Source: an uncultured Verrucomicrobiae bacterium (lineage in GTDB: Bacteria; Verrucomicrobiota; Verrucomicrobiia; Limisphaerales; Palsa-1400). From it: a stretch of 64,000 bases of DNA. Every line of letters begins with the position of its first letter. Position 1 is the stretch's first letter. The stretch lies in contig OY969763.1 of NCBI GenBank assembly GCA_963702845.1, positions 5,536,001 through 5,600,000 on the forward strand. The letters are read 5' to 3'. Positions 49,484 through 60,579 of this stretch are shown here, piece after piece. The notes under the pieces were generated by a model. It saw only the letters and a program-made list of their open reading frames with translations, did not search any database and had not been told where the DNA came from. Both the position numbers and the translations under genes were made by a program.

Positions 49484-51568
49484 GTGGAGAAAAAGCCGAC
49501 ATTTTTTTGGCAAGGTGCATTGATTTTGCTCCCGCTGGTATTGCTGCTGGGGTTCGGTGTCTATTCGCTGCGGCAAGACCGCGCGATGGCAGAAATCGAA
49601 GCCAAGGAACGTTGCCAGCAAATCGCCTCGGATTTATTGCGGCCATTGGCGACCGGTTGGCAGGAGCAGTCGCGCTTGCGCGAACGCAACTTCGAGATTG
49701 CCATCGATTCGAATCGAAACCTGGTTTCGATCGCGGGTTCGAAGTCTCGGGCGCAAACACCCCGCGATCCGCAGCCGCTTGCTCTCGATTTGAGAGCACT
49801 CACACCGCAACAGGCCACATTGTGGCAGCAAGCCCGTAACGCAGAGTTTGCAAACGTCGCGGCGACCCAGCGCGCGATGTTGTATCAGCAATTTCTCGCC
49901 GCAAATCCGCCGGCAATGTTTGTACCGCTTGCGAAGTACTCACTCGCACTTAATCTCTCAAAATCGCCGTCCGGACTTTCCGAAAAGGATCGTGTTTTCA
50001 ATGAGCTCCAAACCAACAGCCAAGCAATGAGTGAAGCCGGGTTGCCGTTGAGTCTGCTCGCCGGAATGCAACGGCTGCAATTGGCGGTTGAGACAACAAA
50101 CGTGGCCCTGTTCACGAATGTCCTGCCTGCGCTCTGCTCAAATGCCGTCGAACATCCATCGTTTGCTTCGCCGGTAGTTCTGGAACGTGCTGCGAAATTG
50201 GAGGGGCTAATGACGAGCAGTTCTACCGCCAGCGTTATTGCATCAAGCTGGCAAAACGAATGGGACAGAGACGAAGAAGCGCGCGCATTTTATGCCGCGG
50301 TCAAACCAGCTCTGCGCGACCGAAAAATGTACCCCGATGGTTTTTGGTTTAATCACGACGGCTCGAACCTCCTCGTCATCGTGAGTGCGAACATAAACAT
50401 GAGTATGAACGTGCGACCCCTGATGGGAGAGGAACGTCGCAACATCGGAAGCAAATCATCGGCGACGCCGGTCGCAGAAGTGCATTTGCAGCCCGCAGGA
50501 ACCTACCGCGTTGAGTCGTTCGCCGAGGCGGACGTGCGCGCCAATGTGCTCGAAGTAGAGAAACAGGAAAGTGCGCGTATTCCAGATTACGCGGAGGCAG
50601 CGTATCAAATCGGTGATCGCTGGATTATCGGTTCGCCGGACAAACGTTCGCTGGGCGCTCTTTCGTCATCCGCACTGGAAGGCGGCGTTGTGCCCGTTAC
50701 TGTTTCTGTTCACGTTGTCCGTCCGAATTTGCTCTACGCTCGCCAACGCCAACGCACAGGGTGGTTCGCCGGCCTCCTCGCACTTTCCGCCGGTGCCGCG
50801 TGTATCGGATTGGTCAGCGCGCACCGCGGCTTCCGCCAGCAAATTCGCTTGAACGAAATGAAATCTAATTTCGTCTCGAGCGTTTCGCATGAATTGCGCG
50901 CGCCAATCGCCTCCGTGCGGTTGTTGGCGGAAGCACTCGATCGCGGCGCGGTATCGGAGCAACCGAAGCAAAAGGAATACTTCCGCTTCATTGTCCAGGA
51001 ATGTCGCCGCCTGACCGGTCTGATCGAAAACGTCCTGGATTTCTCGCGCATCGAACAAGGTCGCAAGAACTATGAATTCGAAGAAACGGATTTGAATACG
51101 TTGGTCGAGCAAACCGTAAAACTGATGCAACCGGCGACCACGGAACGCGGAGTCACTGTTGAATTGCGAATTGCAAATTGCGAATTGCCGATTGTCTGTG
51201 ACGGCTTGGCTGTGCAACAGGCGTTGGTAAATCTCATCGATAATGCAGTTAAACATTCGCTGGCTGGGCAGAAGGTGACTGTCGGAATTGAAGAAGGCGA
51301 ACGCCCAACGTCGAACATTAAGATTTGGGTCGAAGACCAAGGGCCAGGAATTCCAGCGGAGGAGCACGAGAGGATTTTCGAACGGTTTTATCGGCGCGGA
51401 TCGGAATTGCGCCGCGAAACGCAAGGGATTGGAATTGGTTTAACAATCGTTAAACATGTGGCCGAAGCGCATCGTGGACGCGTTTCAGTCGAAAGCACCG
51501 TCGGCAAAGGAAGCCGATTCACAATTGAGTTGCCGCACGAACCATCAGCGACGATTAGCGAAGATTAG
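49484..51568 (+). CDS. Sensor histidine kinase with a large periplasmic domain
   Basis: Two TMs, H-box SHELRAP, NLIDNAVKH, DQGPGI, IFERFYR, GIGIGL; GTG start assumed. Confidence 0.93.
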   Translation: MEKKPTFFWQGALILLPLVLLLGFGVYSLRQDRAMAEIEAKERCQQIASDLLRPLATGWQEQSRLRERNFEIAIDSNRNLVSIAGSKSRAQTPRDPQPLALDLRALTPQQATLWQQARNAEFANVAATQRAMLYQQFLAANPPAMFVPLAKYSLALNLSKSPSGLSEKDRVFNELQTNSQAMSEAGLPLSLLAGMQRLQLAVETTNVALFTNVLPALCSNAVEHPSFASPVVLERAAKLEGLMTSSSTASVIASSWQNEWDRDEEARAFYAAVKPALRDRKMYPDGFWFNHDGSNLLVIVSANINMSMNVRPLMGEERRNIGSKSSATPVAEVHLQPAGTYRVESFAEADVRANVLEVEKQESARIPDYAEAAYQIGDRWIIGSPDKRSLGALSSSALEGGVVPVTVSVHVVRPNLLYARQRQRTGWFAGLLALSAGAACIGLVSAHRGFRQQIRLNEMKSNFVSSVSHELRAPIASVRLLAEALDRGAVSEQPKQKEYFRFIVQECRRLTGLIENVLDFSRIEQGRKNYEFEETDLNTLVEQTVKLMQPATTERGVTVELRIANCELPIVCDGLAVQQALVNLIDNAVKHSLAGQKVTVGIEEGERPTSNIKIWVEDQGPGIPAEEHERIFERFYRRGSELRRETQGIGIGLTIVKHVAEAHRGRVSVESTVGKGSRFTIELPHEPSATISED

Positions 51569-51578
51569 CGGTTTAAAT

Positions 51579-52319
51579 ATGTCTCGCATTCTCATCATCG
51601 AAGACGAAGCGCCGATGCGCACTGCGTTGGCTGACATCCTGTCGGATGAAGGTTATCGCGTGCTCAGTGCCGCTGATGGCGAAACCGGCTTGAAACGTGC
51701 CGTCGACGAGAAGCCCGACCTCGTTCTGCTCGACATTATGATGCCGCGACTTGATGGCTACGCGGTTTGCGCCGAACTTCGCCGTCTCGCCAATCCGGTC
51801 CCTGTCCTCATGCTCACGGCTAAGGGAATGGTCGAAGACCGAGTGAAAGGATTGGATGTCGGCGCGGACGATTACCTCGTTAAACCCTTCAGCACCGACG
51901 AACTGCTCGCACGCGTCCGCGCTCTCCTGCGTCGTTCCCAAAAACAAAACAAGATCCCGGCGACACTGGAACTCGGCGATGTGCGGGTCGATTTCGCCCG
52001 TCAGGAAGCTTTTCGCAAAACCAAACCGCTGCACCTGACCGCCAAAGAACTGGCCATGCTTCGTCTGATGGCGGAATCAAACGGAGAACCGATTTCGCGC
52101 GAACGCTTTCTCGATTTGGTTTGGGGCTACGCTTCGTTTCCGACCACTCGCACCGTGGACAATCACATCGCCAGTCTTCGTGCAAAGATTGAAACAAATC
52201 CCGACGATCCCAAATGGATCAAGACGGTACACGGCGTGGGATACCGATTGGAAAGTTTTGGAAACCGGGATCAACGCAAAGACGCAAAGGACGCAGAGGC
52301 TCGCAAAGGGAAGAATTGA
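51579..52319 (+). CDS. OmpR-family response regulator
   Basis: ILIIEDE, LLDIMMP, MLTA, GADDYLVKPF, RTVDNHI, TVHGVGYR. Confidence 0.95.
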   Translation: MSRILIIEDEAPMRTALADILSDEGYRVLSAADGETGLKRAVDEKPDLVLLDIMMPRLDGYAVCAELRRLANPVPVLMLTAKGMVEDRVKGLDVGADDYLVKPFSTDELLARVRALLRRSQKQNKIPATLELGDVRVDFARQEAFRKTKPLHLTAKELAMLRLMAESNGEPISRERFLDLVWGYASFPTTRTVDNHIASLRAKIETNPDDPKWIKTVHGVGYRLESFGNRDQRKDAKDAEARKGKN

Positions 52320-52327
52320 TTCCTGAT

Positions 52328-52345
52328 TTTACAAAAGCGTGACAA
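52328..52345 (+). promoter_or_regulatory. Putative OmpR/PhoB-type direct-repeat box
   Basis: TTTACAA-AAGC-GTGACAA, 48 nt before the ankyrin gene. Confidence 0.6.
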
Positions 52346-52393
52346 CGCGCCCCATCGAAATCTGCGAAAGTTAACGCGCAATAAGGCACGAAT

Positions 52394-55300
52394 ATGAAAA
52401 CCCAAATTTCAAAACTCAACAGCAACACGTCAAGGAACGGGTCAACAGGGCGTGCGCTCTTTCGCGCGTCCTGTTTTTCTCTTCCATTCTCCATTGTCTT
52501 CGTCTGTTTGCTCATCTGCGCTCCTCTTGCAACACAAGCCGGAGGAACAAACGACATCACCTCACTCGTCCAACGCGGGCTGTTCGAAGAAGAAGCCAAT
52601 CACAACCTGGACGCCGCGATGCAGTCGTACGAGAGCGCCGTCAAGCTTCACGACAAAGACCGTCAACTTGCAGCCACGGCCATTTTTCGTTTGGGCGAAT
52701 GTTATCGCAAGCAAGGTAAGACGAACGAAGCCAACGCCTACTACAAACGCGTCATCACCGAGTTCGCCGATCAATCACAACTTGTCGAGTTAAGCCGTTC
52801 ATACGTTGGCAACATTGCCAGTAACAACAGCGATTCCTTTGTCGAAAGAGCCCGTCAGAATTTTCGTGGAAACACCGCCGACTCAAAGACTCTACGTCAA
52901 AGCACAGAAAACGATGTATTGGGCGCCAACCTTCGCAGCGTCCAACTCGAAACCGCCCAGGCCGAAGCACTCTGGAAACATGTGAGGGGACTGGGTGGCG
53001 AAGAGCTCGTTAATTTTTTCACCACTATTCAGCCGGACCAGTTTGTCATTGATTTGGACCGCGAGAGAGTTCAGGCGGAGTCAAAACTCGAGGCACTCGG
53101 AACGCAAGTTGGCAAACAACATCCTGAATACAAGGCCCAGGAAAAACTTACTGAGACGGCAACCAAACGTCTCCACGATCGCGCCCATACCGTCGCATGG
53201 GGCATCGAAGAAAAATACAAGATGCTTAAAGAACAGGAAGACAGCCTAAAGGCTCGCCTCGACCAAAGCAGCGGATCCGTTGCGAACGCGAAAGAATCAC
53301 CAACAACCTCTGAAGAAGACGAAGAAATCCGCAAAATCAAAGAGATGATTCAGAACAGCCCGGATTTGATTAATGCGCGCTCCGAATCAGGTTTCACGCC
53401 TTTGCAATCTGCAGCAGCCGCCGGCCATCTCAAAGTCGTTCAATATTTAATAAACAGCGGGGCCGAAATCAACCCCGGCGGAATGACTCCCCTGATGTAT
53501 GCGGCACTAAACGGCCACAATGCAGTTGTCGAATTCCTCCTTTCCAAAGGAGCGAATGTAAATGCGACGACAGACGTTGGTCGCACCGCACTCCATTACG
53601 CCGCCCAACACGGCTTCAAAATCGTTGTCGAAACACTTCTGAAACACGGCGCCAATGTAAATGCCCGCGAAAACGATGGTAAGACAGCAGTCTGGTCTGT
53701 GGCCGACAATGGTTCGAAACCGATCCTGGAACTGCTTTTGGCCAACGGCGCAGATGTAAACCTCAACGCTGCCGATTCATCCCCACTTCTCCGAGCAGTT
53801 GGAAAAAAACATGTTGATTGCGTTGAAGTCCTCGTCGCACACAAATCTGATGTCAATTTTAAAACCCCTCACGGCTCCACACCCCTCCTGACTGCCGCTG
53901 ACAACAACGATCTTGCTTCCGCCAAAATCTTATTGGACAACGGCGCTGATACGGAGGCTCAGATACCTGCTGAACATTTGTCGGGCGGATTTGGGTACGT
54001 CCCCAATCGGGAAACAGCCAGTTTTCGGGCAATCAACATCGCGATCGGTAAGGACGCTCCAAAGTTTGTCGAACTTCTTTTGGAACATCTCGCCGATCCA
54101 AATTCGAAGATGACATGGTATCATGGCGACAATTCTTCTACGGCGGGCACGACACCATTGATCATGGCGGTCCGTCTCGATAAACCGGCAGTTGTTGAAG
54201 TCCTGCTCAAGCACGGCGCGCAGGTAAGCTGGGCCGATGGAAGCGGCATGACGGCGTTGCACTACGCCGCTCGGCTTTCAAAAACCAATCTCGCAGAAAT
54301 CCTATTGCTCCATGATGCCGACGTTAACGCACCCGACAAAAACCATCAGACGCCGCTGTTTTATGCCGTCAGCCAAAGCAAACCCGACACAAACATGGTC
54401 GCTCTGCTGATCGGCCACCACGCTGACGTCAACGTCGCTGACGCCAAAGGCTACCCGCCGATTTTTTGGGTCATGGCGACACCTTCTACCCCCGAGCGGC
54501 AAGCTGTCCGCGAACAGCTCCTTAAAGCCGGCGCGAATGAAAACTTCGTCCGTCTAAAACAAATCTCCGTGCGCCGCAACGATCACGACACTGTTATCTT
54601 TACCAAAGGTTCCAACGATTGGAACCACTTTACCCTCTATGAATTAATTTCCGTTGTATATGGCCGCAACCAATACCCGTCCGGCGGCGTGCCCGGATTT
54701 CGGCCTGTCTTTAGCTCAATTCCCACGATGCCAATTCCTTCGTCGGGTGTGACTCCTTATGCCGCTATACCGGCGCCTCCCCGCATGGGCGGCGGACATA
54801 CTCCCGCTGACTTGCCATTCCCGGATTTCACGCGCCTCGTCATCAAGCGAATCGGCGCAAATCCTTTGGAACGACTAAATCGAGTTCGTGAAACTGCTCT
54901 GAACACTGCTGCTCCGGGCGAGGAAAAGAGTTATAAAATAGATCTCGAAAACCTCCTCCAATCGCCCGACCGCGGCGACGACATTCAATTGGAGTGGGGC
55001 GACATTGTCGAAATCCCCGAGCAAGACCATCCCATTAACGCGACTTGGGAAGGTCTTTCCGGCGAGACACAACGCAAACTGATGCAACTTTTGTCACGCA
55101 CGATTGAAATCAAAATCAAAGGTCAAGCCACCAACATCACGGTCCTGCCGCCAATGCCGAATTACTCGACGACTGGCATGTGGAGATTGTTGAACAGGGT
55201 CGAGAGCAAAAAGCCTTTGGATAACGTTGTCGTTTGTCCATTTGGTTTGCGATCGGTTGTTAACGAGCTTGGTGTTCTGCGATCCTCGTCCGACACCGCC

Positions 55301-55450
55301 CACATCAAAGTCATTCGTCAGGATAACGCCGGTATGCGCAGCATAACGGTTGATCTGCACAATAGTGAGGAACCTTGGATCGAGCCCGGCGACGTTCTCG
55401 AGATTCCAGACCGCGAGAGCGCATCCGCCCCAGCTCAGGTTGGTCAATAA
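52394..55450 (+). CDS. Exported ankyrin-repeat protein with TPR-like N-terminus and SLBB-like C-terminus
   Basis: Hydrophobic signal, FRLGECYRKQG, about ten G.TPL/TALH..A...GA.VN repeats, LEWGDIVEIPE and IEPGDVLEIPD. Confidence 0.88.
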   Translation: MKTQISKLNSNTSRNGSTGRALFRASCFSLPFSIVFVCLLICAPLATQAGGTNDITSLVQRGLFEEEANHNLDAAMQSYESAVKLHDKDRQLAATAIFRLGECYRKQGKTNEANAYYKRVITEFADQSQLVELSRSYVGNIASNNSDSFVERARQNFRGNTADSKTLRQSTENDVLGANLRSVQLETAQAEALWKHVRGLGGEELVNFFTTIQPDQFVIDLDRERVQAESKLEALGTQVGKQHPEYKAQEKLTETATKRLHDRAHTVAWGIEEKYKMLKEQEDSLKARLDQSSGSVANAKESPTTSEEDEEIRKIKEMIQNSPDLINARSESGFTPLQSAAAAGHLKVVQYLINSGAEINPGGMTPLMYAALNGHNAVVEFLLSKGANVNATTDVGRTALHYAAQHGFKIVVETLLKHGANVNARENDGKTAVWSVADNGSKPILELLLANGADVNLNAADSSPLLRAVGKKHVDCVEVLVAHKSDVNFKTPHGSTPLLTAADNNDLASAKILLDNGADTEAQIPAEHLSGGFGYVPNRETASFRAINIAIGKDAPKFVELLLEHLADPNSKMTWYHGDNSSTAGTTPLIMAVRLDKPAVVEVLLKHGAQVSWADGSGMTALHYAARLSKTNLAEILLLHDADVNAPDKNHQTPLFYAVSQSKPDTNMVALLIGHHADVNVADAKGYPPIFWVMATPSTPERQAVREQLLKAGANENFVRLKQISVRRNDHDTVIFTKGSNDWNHFTLYELISVVYGRNQYPSGGVPGFRPVFSSIPTMPIPSSGVTPYAAIPAPPRMGGGHTPADLPFPDFTRLVIKRIGANPLERLNRVRETALNTAAPGEEKSYKIDLENLLQSPDRGDDIQLEWGDIVEIPEQDHPINATWEGLSGETQRKLMQLLSRTIEIKIKGQATNITVLPPMPNYSTTGMWRLLNRVESKKPLDNVVVCPFGLRSVVNELGVLRSSSDTAHIKVIRQDNAGMRSITVDLHNSEEPWIEPGDVLEIPDRESASAPAQVGQ

Positions 55451-55618
55451 CGGCATCCGGTTCTAATATTTTTAAGCGATTGATAGTGGGAATTTTAGCT
55501 CCGGGGTGCTCGGCATTTTGCAGCTTAAAACTGCTTGCCAGAGTTTCCCTGTATCTCACGAAAGGCCTTTCCCTATTAGCTAAAATGGCTTTACACAATT
55601 GTTTAACCTCAGCAAATT

Positions 55619-57681
55619 ATGGCGGTGTCTGTTCATTTTACTGACAGCGGTCAGGTCAGGGCGTCCCAGGGTGCGGCAGCCGTTATTCCCGGCGAAAGCC
55701 TGTTTTCTTTGCGTGATGTAGAGGCTGCGATTGAACGGTCTCAGAATTACCTGCTCAGCGTCCAAAAGCCTGATGGCCATTGGGTTGGCGAATTGATCGT
55801 GGATGCCACCCTGGTCGCCGATACGCTCGCCTATCATCATTGGAATGGTAAGGTGGACAAGGAATGGCAGCGCAAGGCGGTTAATCACATGTTTGGCATG
55901 CAGTTGCCTAGTGGCGGCTGGAGCATTTATTTCGGCGGTCCGGCCGAAGTGAATGCGACGATTAAATGCTATCTTGCGCTCAAGCTCGCCGGAGTGCCGG
56001 TGACGGATCCGCGCATGTTCGGGCACGCCAGATGGCTTTGAGCCTCGGGGGCGTGCCGCGCATGAATACATTTTTCGAAGTTGTATCTGGCGCTGCTCGG
56101 GCTTTATCCGTGGAAATACGTCCCGACGATTCCGTGCGAGGTCATTCTGATCGGCAAATGGTTTTACGTGAATTTCAACGAAATGAGCAATTGGAGCCGG
56201 TCCATGCTCGTCCCGCTCTCGATCATCAACCATTACAAGCCGACGCGCCCGCTCGATCACGGCATCAATCTCGATGAGCTTTATCCGGAAGGTTTCCACG
56301 ATCGCGATCTCATGCTGGCGCGTGACCCGGGCAAGTTTACATGGCGCAATTTTTTCTCGAACTCGACGGCCTGCACAAATTCGCCGAATGGTTCGCGCAA
56401 AACGGGATTCATCCTTTCCGCAAACGCGCTTTGAAAACGCGCCGAGGCATGGATGCTGGAACGTTTTGAAGGCACGGACGGGCTCGCTGCGATTTTCCCG
56501 GCGATGCTGAATTCGTTCATCGCGTTGAAAGCATTGGGATATGCGGACGATCATCCGCAGGTGAAACGCGCCGAGTTGGAGTTGAAGAAGCTCGAGCACG
56601 AAGACGGAGAACAGCGTCCGCATCGAACCGTGTTTCTCGCCGGTGTGGGATACGGCGATTGTGGCGATCGCATTGCACGAATCGGGTCTGCCGAGCAACC
56701 ATCCAGCTTTGGAAAAATGTTGCGATTGGATCATGGAGCGCGAAATTCGTTTTCGCGGCGATTGGTATTACAAGAATCCGGCGGACGTCGAACCAAGCGG
56801 CTGGGTTTTCGAGTATAACAACAAGTGGAATCCGGACGTGGACGATACGGCGATGGTGCTGCTGGCCTTGCGCAAGATCCCGACGAAGGATCGCAAACGT
56901 CGCGACGAATGTTTTCAACGCGGGTCTGAATTGGATGCTGACTTTCCAATGCAGAGACGGCGGCTGGGCTTCGTTCGATAAGGATTGCACGAAGGGCATC
57001 CTGGAAAAAGTTCCGTTCGCCGATCACAACGCGATGCTTGATCCCGGAATGCGCCGATATCACCGCGCGTATTTTGGAATTGCTCGGCTACGAAAATTTC
57101 AGCGTCGACAATCCGCAAGTCCAACGCGCCCTCGATTTCGTGCGCGATCATCAGGAACCGGACGGTTCGTGGTATGGCCGTTGGGGCGTGAATTACATTT
57201 ACGGCACATGGCAGGTGTTGCGCGGCTTGCGCGCGCTCGGCATCAACATGGAGCCAGGATTGGCTGCTCAAAGCGCGTGACTGGCTCGAAAGCGTCCAGC
57301 ACGAAGACGGTGGCTGGGGCGAGCGTTGCAACACTTACGACGATCCGGTGTTCAAAGGCCAGGGCCCGAGCACGGCGTCACAAACCGCGTGGGCCGTGAT
57401 GGGCCTGTGTGCGTTCGACGATCCGAATCGCGAAAGCGTCCAACGCGGCATCGACTATTTGATTCGCACGCAGAAGAGAGATGGCTGAATGGGCGGAAGT
57501 GGAAACGACCGGCACCGGTTTCCCGCGCGTGTTTTATTTGAAGTACGACATGTATCGGAATAGCTGGCCTTTGCTGGCGCTGGCGACGTATCGCAATTTG
57601 CTGACGCGTTCGGTCATCAAACAGAATGGTCACGCGATCAAGCGTCGAAAGCGAACCGAATTGGTAGCGGCAGGTCAATGA
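55619..57681 (+). CDS. shc: Squalene-hopene cyclase (many frameshifts)
   Basis: QKPDGHWVGEL, WSRSMLVPL, SPVWDTA, catalytic PDVDDTA, QEPDGSWYGRWG, TGTGFPRVFYLKY, spread over several frames. Confidence 0.92.
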
Positions 57682-57689
57682 CCGGTAAG

Positions 57690-57757
57690 CAGTCGACAGT
57701 TAGCAGTAATCAGTTTTCATTGTTCACTGAGCGATTACTGAATACTGATTACTGAGC
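57690..57757. repeat. Inverted heptamer tandem arrays
   Basis: CAGTCGA CAGTTAG CAGTAAT CAGTTTT ... ACTGAAT ACTGATT ACTGAGC. Confidence 0.65.
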
Positions 57758-57759
57758 AT

Positions 57760-58788
57760 TTGTCTTTTCTCTATCGCAACATCGTGCGTCCAGTCCTGTT
57801 CCTGCAGGACTCGGAGAGCTATTCACAATCGCACGTTGCGCATGCTGGCGTTCGCGGCTACGGCACAAAAGCCTTCGCGCAATTAGCGAAGAGCTTCTAT
57901 GCCGCGCCGCAAAAGCCAGTCGAAGTTTTCGGGTTGAAGTTTCCGAATCCCAATCGGCCTCGCCGCGGGCATGGACAAATTCGCGGCGGCTTTGCCGATT
58001 TGGGAATGTCTTGGGTTTTGGGTTTACCGAACTCGGCGGCGTGACCTGGCACGCACAACCGGGCAACGACAAGCCTCGCATGTTTCGCGCAATTTGAGAT
58101 CGTGCGCTGATCAATCGCATGGGGTTCAACAACCCGGCGCTGAGGCGATGGCGAAGACGTTGGCGGCTTGGAAAGTTCAGGCAATTGGCCAAAGCATCCC
58201 GTCGGCATCAACTCGGGAAAATCGAAAGTAACACCAATCGAGAAAGCCGCAGCAGACTATGCTAATTCGTTTAGAGCTCTGCGGGACTATGCGGATTTTT
58301 TCGTGGTAAATGTCAGTTCTCCGAATACGCCGAACCTGCGCCAGTTACAGGATAAAACAGCGTTGGATGAGATTCTTGTTGCGTTGCAGCAAATCAACAC
58401 GCATCGCGCAAACCGATCTCGTGAAGATTGCGCCGGATCTGTCGTTTGAAGCGATCGATGAGATTTTGGATTGGCGCGACAACGACAGCTCGCTGGGATC
58501 GTCGCGACAAACACAACGATCACTCGTCCGCAAAGCAATAATCCGGTGTATTCACAAACCGGAGGTCTGAGCGGTGCGCCTTTGCGCCAGCGCAGCACGG
58601 AAATCATTGGCCACATCCACAAGCAGACTGTGGGCAAACTGCCGCATCATCGGCGTCGGCGGAATCTTCACTGTGGCGATGCACGCGAGAAGCTGGAGGC
58701 GGGAGCGTCGTTCTGCAGATCTACACGGCGTTGGTTTACGAAGGCCCGGCGATTGTTAAAACAATCGTTGGCGGGCTTAGGAAGTTGA
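57760..58788 (+). CDS. pyrD: Quinone-dependent dihydroorotate dehydrogenase (many frameshifts)
   Basis: [65 protein letters not shown]. Confidence 0.92.
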
Positions 58789-58831
58789 GCGATTGCGGGG
58801 GGTGTTGGAGAGCCCTCAATTTCATATTTTA

Positions 58832-60493
58832 ATGGTCGTTGAAACAAGCCGCCGCACAAAGGCCCCCCGCCGCGCAGCTGTTGCGCCATGCAGGCACCCG
58901 AGACGCGGCAAAACGGGCCGAATGGTGTGTTGGTTCGCGTTCTGACGCGTGGACGTTGGTGTTGCAATTCCTGTATGCGTCCAATGCGGGCGCGCTTTGG
59001 CGGGATGAGGCTTCATCGGTGAATTTCGCGGCCGTGCCGACAGTTTCACAAATGTGGGACAATTTTCGGTTCGATAATTTTCCGCCGTTGTTCGCGTTTG
59101 TGTTGCGTGGGTTCGCGAGCGATTGGATTTGGCGCCGACACATCGTATCGTGTTCTTGGTCTTGCTCATTTCGATTTTCGGTGTTGGGTGCGATTTGGGT
59201 CGGCGCGTTGGTTGATGGCAAAGCGGCCGCCGATTGGTTGGCCTTGTGTTGTTTGCAATCAATCCGTTGGCGATTAAAACTGATGGTGCGATTCGGCCAT
59301 ACGGAATTGGTTATGTGTTTTTGATTTAGCGATCGCATTGATATGGTGCATACGTGCGCAACAGCGACGAAGTTTGGTTTGTATCTCGCGTGTGTCGCCG
59401 CAGTGCTCTCGGTGCAGACTTTGTATCAGGCCGCATTTTTTCTCGCGGCAGCGATTTTTGGGGTGTTGATCGTTTGCGCTCTGATGCAGAAGCAACGACG
59501 CTTGGCGGGAATGCGTGATATTGATCGGTTGCATCGCCGCGTGTTCAATGGCGATCGATTTGCCGCATTTATGCATGATTGGGATAAAACAAAATGGGTC
59601 GGGCAATCGGCGTTCGAGATTTCAAAAATAGCGGTCGACTTGGGAAATGCTCGTGGCCGGCATTCTGGCGCGCGGTGTCGACTCAAGGGCAGATGGGCGG
59701 ATGCTATGGTGCGTGATCGCGATTGGCGTTTTTGCGCATGCGGGTTTCGCTGCCGGCGTTTGCGCGGCCATTTGTGCTGATCATCGCCTGTGGCATCATT
59801 ATATATGTGCTCTTCCTCCGTTTCTCCGGGCTTGCACGCGCAGTCGTGGTATTTTCTGATGTTGATGGCTTCCGCGGCAATGTGGCTGGAGGAATCGCAG
59901 GGCTCGTTAGTGCAGAAAACGATCCGGCAAGGTTTTGCCGGTGGCTGCCGTTGCTAATCACTTTCGTTGAGCGCGCCCGCGGCGTGGCTGTCGTTCGCAC
60001 TCGTGCGACCTCGATTGATCTGGTGGCGCAAGTCCTGCAACGAAAAGCGACGGCGAAGCGACTGGTGTTGACGATGCCATGGTATTACGGCGTTACGCTC
60101 GGGCCGATATTACACAGAAATTCACAACTGTCCCTCCATTCAGCGACATCAGTATTCATCGTTACGACCTTGTGCAAAAAGCCATGGAAACGCCAGAGCC
60201 AATTGCCGGGCTGATGCACGACATGGAACAGACTTTGCGCAATGGCGGAACGGTTTGGACGATTGGTGAAATTATTTTGCCGGAGCAACGGCGAACAAGT
60301 TCCAGTGTTGCCGCCATACACCCCCGCCAATGGTTACAGTGATTCTGATTATTTAACAAGCTGGTCGATGCAAATTGCTGATTTTCTTGCCCACCACGCG
60401 CAGAGCTTTGACGTAGTTCAACTTCCGAACGTTGGCGCGGTCAGCCCGCTGGAAAACCCGAAAGTGGTGGCGGTGAGTGGCTGGCACGAGTAG
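58832..60493 (+). CDS. GT-C-like (ArnT/PMT-type) polytopic membrane protein (many frameshifts)
   Basis: LWRDEASS..FPPLF N-terminal motif, VRPYG, hydrophobic fragments in several frames. Confidence 0.55.
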
Positions 60494-60579
60494 GTTCTGC
60501 CGCCGAAGTTTTTTTCAGCAAATCTTCCCCTTGCGCGAAAGCGATTCGTGCGTACCGTTCTGGGCCTTTAGCAGGATGG

